From the NCBI RefSeq assembly GCF_009914755.1, contig NC_060931.1: a stretch of 64,000 bases of DNA; one strand, written 5' to 3'. This document shows positions 55,663-64,000 of this stretch, one piece after another (position 1 is the stretch's first letter; the number at the start of each line of letters is the position of its first letter). Under the pieces are notes generated by a model, which worked only from the letters and a program-made list of their open reading frames with translations, made no database searches and had not been told where the DNA came from. Source of the stretch: the human T2T-CHM13v2.0 reference genome, Homo sapiens. The position numbers and the translations under genes are program-made.

Positions 55663-57941
55663 AGTTTTTCTTCCCTTTGGGTGTAAAACCTTGCATATAT
55701 TACTTGCTCCTGTTTGTTAATTAATTAAACAGCATTTTAACCTATTGTCACAACATGCAACTTATGAGAAAGTTAATATCATGATGTCATATTGACATAT
55801 ATTCTTATTTTTAACACTCTTCAATGATAAAATAATTTGGCTAACTGACAATCGTTTAAAAAAATGCTCCTTTGAAAAATAGTGTACACTGCTGAAAAAA
55901 CAGGAGACAAGTCATGTTTGTAATGGCCACAGAAAGTGAAAAACTTGGCATTTGCCCCTTCCATTTTTCTTCCAGTTGAAAGGCAGCTTGCAAATGGAAA
56001 AATCATCTCCCATCACCTCCCTCCCAGAGACTAAATGTGATGAAAAAACAGAGTTAGGCTAAGCCCTGAAGCAAGCAGGGCTGAGAGCAGCTTCAATCCT
56101 AGCCAGGAGCCTAAGAAGATTGATTAATCCTGAATAAGATAGCTATAGTTTCTTACCAGATATGACTGCAGTAAGACATGAAAAATACAGCAAATTAAAG
56201 CACTTTTTGTAATACGAAAGAATGGCACTCTCAAAATATGAATTTCCACGTACCTATGAGTGGCTGTGCACAGACTTTCAGAATTGTTTTTAAGAAGTTT
56301 TCAATTCTAATGTAAGAGATATCTTCTTGACATACAGACTAATTTATGATAAAATAGGTTATAATGGCTGAAGAGAAAAGATGTGCTAGAACTAGTATAT
56401 TTCTGTAGAAAGGGGCTGCCAAAAGAAGCAAGGTAGAACCTGCAGGGGGAAGAAGGGGAGGTTAGGCATGTAAAACTCATCTGATGGAGGTCTTGATGCT
56501 CATTCTTGCAAAATAGCATTTGCTGTCCTTCAAAGTACGTAAGAATAAAAATTTGAGCTCAAAAACCAACACACTTGCTCAGTTTTGGCCCCCTAAAGGG
56601 ATAGGTTGAACTCTCATTTACAAAGTTTCTCTTACTTGGATTCCAGAAATAAAGCCAACATCAACAAAATGTCTGCTCTTATGTAAAAGAGCCAGAATAT
56701 TTTTACTGTACATGGCAGGCAAACCAGATCTTACTTTTTTAAGGTCTCACCCACAGTGTCCCAGAGTAGCAGATGAAGTAAATTTATCCACTCTGGGAGG
56801 ACAAATCCCTGCCACCTTAGGGGCCTAGGGTCTAGGCAGTGCCAGAGCTCCAAAACTAGCCTCTAGCCTATTTTCCAGTATGACGAAACTTTCTTGTTTT
56901 CTCATCCCCAAATAACAACTGATTTTTTTTAAAGTTAAATATGAGATTTTATAAACTTTTCCTAGCACTTTTAGTTAAAATAAATGTTATGCCATAATTA
57001 TGTATATTAAAATGCAATTTGGGATTTTATTTCCATCTAATTAAATAATGCAATCAAACATGTAAATTTAATGGCAAGCCCAACCATAGTACTTAATTAA
57101 GGGATCATTCAATGTTTATTGTCCTTGCTTAGAGTAAATCATTGATTTAAAGAGAATACACAAAATGACATATGCACTTTCCTGAACAGTCTACTTAAGA
57201 GCATAATGTTAACTATCTGAATGTAGTTTAACTGCATGACTTATTTACACCTATTCTAGCTAAATAAAAGTAGTTATCAAGCAGTGATTAAAGAATTCAG
57301 GCGGTTTTATTATAAACAACTTTATCATATGACCCTTTACTTAGCTTTGGAAAATAATTTCTGGATTAAAAAAACTCAACTAGAAAAATTATCTCAGTAT
57401 AGTTCAATTTAGTGAGGAAATACAATACACTACTTGGCATGTGTCCACAGGAAAAGTCTGGCTCCCAGATGCTTCTTGCCAACCCACAGTGGATTCAACA
57501 ATGTTTAAACAACTGACAACGTACACTCATAGCTCTGATGACAAAGTGGCCAAAAATTTAGCAGGAGCCTGTCTCATGGGTATTTTCATATATTGAAAAG
57601 TTAAAATCAAAACAAAACAAATCATAGGGACATACATACACACTTCACAAAAGATTCAACACAATTCAGTTAGGCTTTTTTTAAAGTAGATGTTGCCAAA
57701 ATTATTTTAAAATTAACAAATAAGACATTCTGCTGCTAGAAACTCAAAATATATCAATGTTTTTTATTGTATAAGTGTTATTAAAAGTGAGAAATATAAC
57801 CCTATTTGGTTACCAAAGTCCAACAATAACTCTTTCTAACAAATAGATTAACTGTCTCCATAACTCATTCATTATAATCATACTATTTATATTAATATCC
57901 ATGACTCTCTAACACATGTACCCATAGCTAACAAGTGTTTT

Positions 57942-58023
57942 TATTAGTTTGAATAAAATGAAATTGCCAATATTTTCCTAATTTTGACCTCCCAAAACAA
58001 AATTTTATAAGAGTCAAGGGTAA
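57942..58023. mobile_element. Degraded MADE2-like mariner MITE
   Basis: tattagtttgaataaaatgaaattgccaatatt...ttttgacct...aattttataagagtcaa resembles the roughly 80-bp palindromic consensus. Confidence 0.6.
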
Positions 58024-58803
58024 AGTAAAACTTCAAACTTTTGGCACCAAATTTTGACATCAAAGTGGTAGCTTTATTTTCTTAGTTATATAATATCTAT
58101 GTTTTTTTTATAACTAGCCCTCACGTGTCTCATTTAACTGAACAGTCTTCTTTCCAACCAGGAATATTCTGAGTAAAATCTATATCCTACTGCAGCAGAT
58201 TCAAGTATAAACAGAATATTGTTAATATTTAATATAAAATCAGCTGTCACAAATGTAGCGAACAGTGAAAAAGCCATGATACAAATAAAATTACTTCATG
58301 TGATTTTTCCTGTTTCCAGATGACAAGTTTCTTTGAGATGATATTCTCTCTCTTAATAACAAGCAACTTCTGTCACATAATGTTTATGTCATGTAAGTTC
58401 TACAAATGAATAGTGCAAAAACTGGTTTGACTTTCTAGGGGAGAAAATGATTGATCAGCACACAGAATAAAATAGGTTATTTAAATTAGGACTTCAGCTG
58501 ATTGAAATGCCAGCCCCATTTTAAAGATATATTCTAAAGTAACCACATTAACCTAATTTAACATGACTTCAAATGCAAATATGTATTAGTCTTAGCTTAT
58601 AAAACCAAAGTGTACATTTGGGTCTGGATGGATCTCTATTTGATTTAATTTTTGAGTAATTCTTTGTATATACAAATGTAATTTTTATCCTAAATAGCAT
58701 TAAGCAGCTAATTGGGATAATTTGCTTCATAAATTCAGCGGCCATTTAAAATCTCTTCCTTCATAAATTTAACAAAAATTTCTTCTTGTCAAGAAGTAAT
58801 TAA

Positions 58804-59151
<348 letters not shown>

Positions 59152-59299
59152 TTAGACACCTAGCACAGAATCTTGCCTATAGCACATACACAAAATTTTG
59201 TTTGACTTGAAATAAAGTTTCTAAATCAAGCACTTATAATTAAGTCTTCACTGCAGTGTTAATTCATAACTTATGGCTTAGGAATTCAACCTCTAGCAA

Positions 59300-59870
59300 T
59301 ATGGTCAACCAAGCTGAAACAGACCTGTCCTTCCCCACTTGCTCAAAGCAACATACTGATCATTTGCATGGTGGGGTTGAGGCTGGAGTTTTAACATCTT
59401 CATGGACACAGGAGACAAGGCTTTGGGCCTGTGAGAAGCACAGAGATACAAATGAGACCCCCAACAGCCCAGGGAAGAAACAAGGAAGCTTTCTGTTTTT
59501 CCAGGGCTGGAGGTCATGGGGCTTCCTGTGAGAAATCAAACCCCCAAGCCTGTCCAATGTGAGATCCAAGTTTATACCATCCTCAAGCATGGTATTCCCA
59601 AGCCAAGAAATTTAACATAAAAATTTCAAAACTCCTGGGGTTCTAGCAGAAGCAAACATAAAACCATCCTTAGGAGAAGCACTTAAGAAAAACACTTCCA
59701 GAACCCAGGGCATACAGCACTCTCATAGAGGTAAGGAGAAAACCTGATAAGCTCACAATACATGGACCTAGCAGAAGAGACTTCCAAGTAAACAGGCAAA
59801 TTCCTGTGTGGCCAGCTCTAACAGAAGTCAACCCTGAAAGCTGAAGGAGCACAGAGAAGAGCTAAGACAT
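59300..59870 (+). mobile_element. Old L1 5' region / HAL1-like fragment
   Basis: Segments such as ctagcagaagcaaacataaaacc and ttcccaagccaagaaatttaacataaaaat resemble old L1M/HAL1 5' ends. Recognised by eye only. Confidence 0.4.
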
Positions 59871-59954
59871 TAAGGAAAAGTCCAAGGCAATGTGAATTGT
59901 TATTTTCATAGCATTTCTAAGCTAGAGATTCAAAACACATTATTACACTGGTCC

Positions 59955-60090
59955 CATCTCTTTGCTTTCACTGGGTGAAGGATTGATCCCACGTGAATGT
60001 TTGCTGGGGCTTTGGACCATCTGGTTTTTAATGTCTTGAGCAATGGGGTTTCTTCCACCACTTCCTTTGGGAAGTCTTTTTTTATTATTG
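59955..60090 (-). mobile_element. CR1/L3 3' fragment
   Basis: ORF 59930..60145 contains FPKEVVEETPLLKTLKTRWSKA, resembling the CR1 ORF2 end LP.EVVEAPSLE.FK.RLDKAL. Confidence 0.6.
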
Positions 60091-60519
60091 TAGGGGCAAA
60101 AAAAATGGGTTTAAATGTTGAAGGGATTTGGGGGGTGTTTTTCAAAGTCTTTTTCTTATTAACTCTTTCTTAAATCTCTTCATGAATATGAACTCCCGTT
60201 TCCCTATAACATTGAATGTGCTATAATCTGGTCTCTTCCGTATATACCAATAGTTACCCCACCTAAACATTTTTCAAAAGGATCTCCATTTAGTAAACTC
60301 CCCAACCTTAATCCTTTTACTTTCATCTTCAGTATGTTCTATAGGTGGTGTTCAGAACCACATATTTCTTACTGGGTATGAGTAGCACTGAACAGACAAG
60401 CCCTTTTAGGTATCTCATTTACTGCCATAGACTTGGCTTGGATCTTTGTTCTTTATCAGTCTCTCTTCGGCCTCTTTTCATAACCATTTCTTATCATTTG
60501 TTATATTTATTTCTAATTA

Positions 60520-60620
60520 ATAAATTCTGAGTCATATTGGTCAACACTGTATCTCCAGTGTCTAGCACAGTGCCTGACATGTAATAGCTGCCTAATAAAT
60601 ATTTGTTGCATGAATAATTG
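60520..60620 (+). mobile_element. L2 3' terminus
   Basis: cactgtatctccagtgtctagcacagtgcctgacatgtaatagctgcctaataaatatttgttgcatgaat. Confidence 0.75.
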
Positions 60621-61869
60621 AATTGCTTACATAAAAATTGGGTGTTTTCTTTTTGCTTTTCTCATTTCATGTTTCATTTTCTTTAGTATTCTTTTTCAGT
60701 TGATTTATTAGAATATTAGATGATCTCTGCAGAATACTTTTAAATTAATGCTGAGCTCTTAGAAAGTATAAAATAAAAACCTAGGCTCAAATTCACAAAG
60801 TGTCTAGACATGTATATCTACATGTGTTGGGTTACTGTCTTTTATACTTATAAGTATAAAACATAGGGAGATGGGATATTTTATTATGGGTACAGATGAC
60901 CTTCACCTTATCAGGCTAGGTTTCCAGGAAGAACTGAGAAGTAAGGTAGTTTCTGAAAGAAAACACAGGCTGCTAACAGAAGTGAAATGAGGCTATCTGG
61001 TATATGAGAGAGTGTAATAGGCAATGTGAAATTGGGAGCAGGACTCATAAGCAGTGGTCTGAGAAAAGGAACTAGCTTAATAGAAGCAAAGGGTGTGGAG
61101 TGGAAAAGGGAAACAAAGGGCTTAAAGTATGTCAGAGCTAGTACTAGGAGTGAGCAGCCTGAATCTTAACCTCAGCCTTCCTCTTTTTGAGGCCCTCCAA
61201 TGATTCCTCTCTGCCCACTGAATCAAAGTAATTGCCTGAAAGATAATGTTTAAACATTTTCCCCAAGGACTTATCTAATCATTGATTCTTAAACCTTGTT
61301 TCACCATCCTTTAAGTTGCTTGTGCAGATTTCCATATCTGAGTTTACTTTTAAATATAAAATGTACCATTTGCTTACTAGTCACATTAAGTCCTTAGAGA
61401 AGGCAGGTTTTAAAAATCCTAACTATGATCCTGTGCTCTTTAGATCTACTTTACCTGTGTTAATGAATGAGTGGAAGCAAAGGAGAATGTCATTTCCTGG
61501 GAAATGTCTTGCTCGAGATGACTAGCCTGCCATAGGGAACTGGTAACTCAAGTTGGTTCTGTTGCTCATAGTAGATGATTTATCTTTAATGGCCCAAAGG
61601 ATTGATGATATAAGAGCTTTTCATCACTCAATGTATTACATTTCCTAAGTTTATTTGAGACTCTGCCCATTGGAATAGTAATGTTAGATTTTAATGAAGT
61701 TATGGGGGATCAGCCATGCTTCAATATACCACTGATAGTATACTGTTTGGTAATCATTCTTTTAGGATTCTGCAGTAATTCATGTCAGGAAAATAATCAT
61801 CATAAAGAGAAAGTTTCTCTTAATTTACCTAATAGACCCCTTTAACTAAAGACTTTGCACTATTCAGGT

Positions 61870-62490
61870 ATTATTTATTGAATTCTTATGAGGAAGGCAC
61901 TTGGTCAAGTACTCTGGGGGTGCCAGGAAATATAAGGTTTGATCCTTGCACTAGAGGAGTTTGCAAATATAATAAAGCTATAAGGAACCATCCATTTGCT
62001 TGTTTGCCAAATAATCACATGAAAAGTGTTAAGATTTACAGAATAGCACATATCAACATTTAAAATGTCACGAAGTTGTAATTAATATTCAAATGAATGG
62101 TGTTAGAAAAGTTTAGAGAAGCTCAGAGAAGCAGAGGTCACTTCATGCTGGGATGGCTCTTTTGGGGAGATGGGATTTGATCTGGGCCTAGAGAGCAGGG
62201 AGGATATGGTTAGAAACTGAACAAACGGGACAGCATTCTATAAAGACAGAAGTGTAAGAACACAAATGTGAGGTTGGAAATGTATGGGATATGCGTGGGG
62301 AAAATAAAGAGCAAGTCAGCTTGTTAAAATTGGAGAAGTGTTGCATTATAGCAGTGATTAGGCTAGACTGTGAGATTTCAGCAAGACTGTGGAAGACCTT
62401 TGAATGCCAAGGTAACAAATACGCATTTTATCCTATGGTCTGTGGTGAGCCATTCAACACTTTGGAGCAGCAGAAAGATAGGACTTAAGA
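61870..62490 (-). mobile_element. L2 LINE fragment
   Basis: tatttattgaattcttatga...ggatttgatctgggcctag...gaagacctttgaatgccaaggtaa...gagccatt. Confidence 0.65.
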
Positions 62491-63289
62491 AACTTCTGAA
62501 GTCTTTTTTTCTTGAAAACATTTTCCCCACTAAATGAAAAATTATTAACCGGTTTATAAAGGAGGTTTTGAATTCTTTTATATACGTTGTCTCAGCATCA
62601 GATGAGATGTTCTGAATATGTGTTAATTTCCAGAATGCTGGAGGATAATGATATTATAATACTATATTTACTATTATACCATGATACTATACTGTGTTTA
62701 TTAACTCACCCTATACTTATAAAAATACTGTATTATGCCCAATAAATATAGAGAATTTCAAGGGTATTTTGTTTCTAGTGGAATGACCACGAAGGTTCCA
62801 CCTGAGCAGGTTTAACGAAAATACTATATTTATACCAATGCTATATAATGGTGTAATAAATATATAGAATCAACAAGGGTATTTTCATTGTTTCTGAAGC
62901 AGTGACTATAAAGGTTCCACAAAGGTGTGGATAGAGGAAATAATGGCCAAGATATATAGTAATACATACCAGGCTTTGGAATTGGTGAGAGCATATGTCT
63001 TTTAATTGTTTTTTTTCTATAGTTAGATTTCATATATCTGTTCCTCTTATTAAATTATGGTATATTTGAGAACAGGGGCTATTTATTGATCATCTGAGTA
63101 CCCACCCTATACCTTGCAGATAGTGAGATATGTTAGAAAATATGGTAGAGTTCATCAGCGACTTTGTGGACAAAAAAATGAAAAGCCACATCAACTAAAG
63201 TTTGATCTGTGTGCTATTTGGCTGGATTTTTGTCACTGAATTAATTAACTCAATATATTGATTTTGTTTAAGGCATCTAGAGCTACACA

Positions 63290-63820
63290 GTTGATGAAGG
63301 CAGTCCAGGGAAGGGCTAAGGGTTAGTGAAGAGTTCAGTCTGTCTGGAGCATAAGTCTGAGCAGCAGAAATGGGATTGGAAAGGTGGATTTGTGTGGGAC
63401 CATGGCTCAGGGCCTGGCCAGTTAGTTTGAACTTGGTTTACTAGGGGTTGGGAACTCATAAAGGTTAATGAGCAAGGGATTAATTTGACCATGTTATATT
63501 TTAGGAAATCAATCTGTTGGCACCACGTAGAATAGGCTATATCAGGCTGGTTAGAGAAAGAGATACACACACAGGAAGTGGGGAGACCACTTAGGAGCTT
63601 TTGTAATGATCCAGGTGAGAAATTATTAAAGCCTGAGTGAGCAGAGAGCCAGGGATGGATGATGTTTTAGTGGCAGAATCAGGAGTAACTGGCAACTGAC
63701 CAAATTAGGAGAGGTGGGGAGACCAAGAAAGAAGTCAATGATGGGTTTGAGGGTTCTTTTTTTAAACTTGAGTAACAATTGATACCGTTAGTAGAAATAG
63801 AAAAGAAAGGAGGTAGAGCA
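63290..63820 (-). mobile_element. L2 LINE fragment
   Basis: ttatattttaggaaatcaatctgttggca...gggagaccacttaggagcttttgtaatgatccaggtgagaaat. Confidence 0.7.
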
Positions 63821-63823
63821 GTA

Positions 63824-64000
63824 TAGGTTGAATATTCCTCATCTGAAATGCTTGGGACTAGAAGCGTTTCAAATTTCAGATTTTTTTGAATTTTGGAACA
63901 CTTGCATTATACTGGTTGAGCATCCCTAATCTGAAAATCTGAAATCTGAAATACTCCAATGAGCATTTCCTTTGAGTGTCAAAAAGTTTCAGATTTTGGA
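63824..64000 (+). mobile_element. Tigger4a/Zombi-like TcMar DNA transposon, cut by the window edge
   Basis: TA then taggttgaatattcctcatctgaaatgcttgggactagaagcgtttc...ggttgagcatccctaatctgaaaatctgaaatctgaaa. Confidence 0.85.

Overview
AT-rich primate (very probably human) genomic DNA with ten Alu copies and no CpG island. The minus strand carries the 3' end of SKAP2 (Src kinase-associated phosphoprotein 2, which lies next to the HOXA cluster on 7p15). Three coding exons (42012-42089, 36463-36575, 21814-21915) splice in frame into the acidic linker and the complete C-terminal SH3 domain, ending ...WWVGEMKGAIGLVPKAYIMEMYDI*. A non-coding last exon (about 18790-21379) follows, with a distal AATAAA. 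The ORF track captures only one of these exons; its other ORFs are Alu-derived, other TE-derived or chance. The introns hold Alus (most with visible target-site duplications), MIR, L2, CR1/L3 fossils, hAT and Tc1/mariner DNA-transposon relics and one solo LTR. Bases 3.5-13.5 kb, downstream of the gene, are repeat-poor and rich in homeodomain, PBX and MEIS motifs. The most unusual signals are an 88-nt near-perfect intronic hairpin at 38871-38958, four co-oriented CTCF-like motifs, a candidate alternative SKAP2 terminal exon (9424 to about 6490), inverted Alu pairs and several local duplications and palindromes. I see no evidence for a new protein-coding system. Repeat family names come from recalled consensus sequences, not from a search, and their boundaries are approximate.
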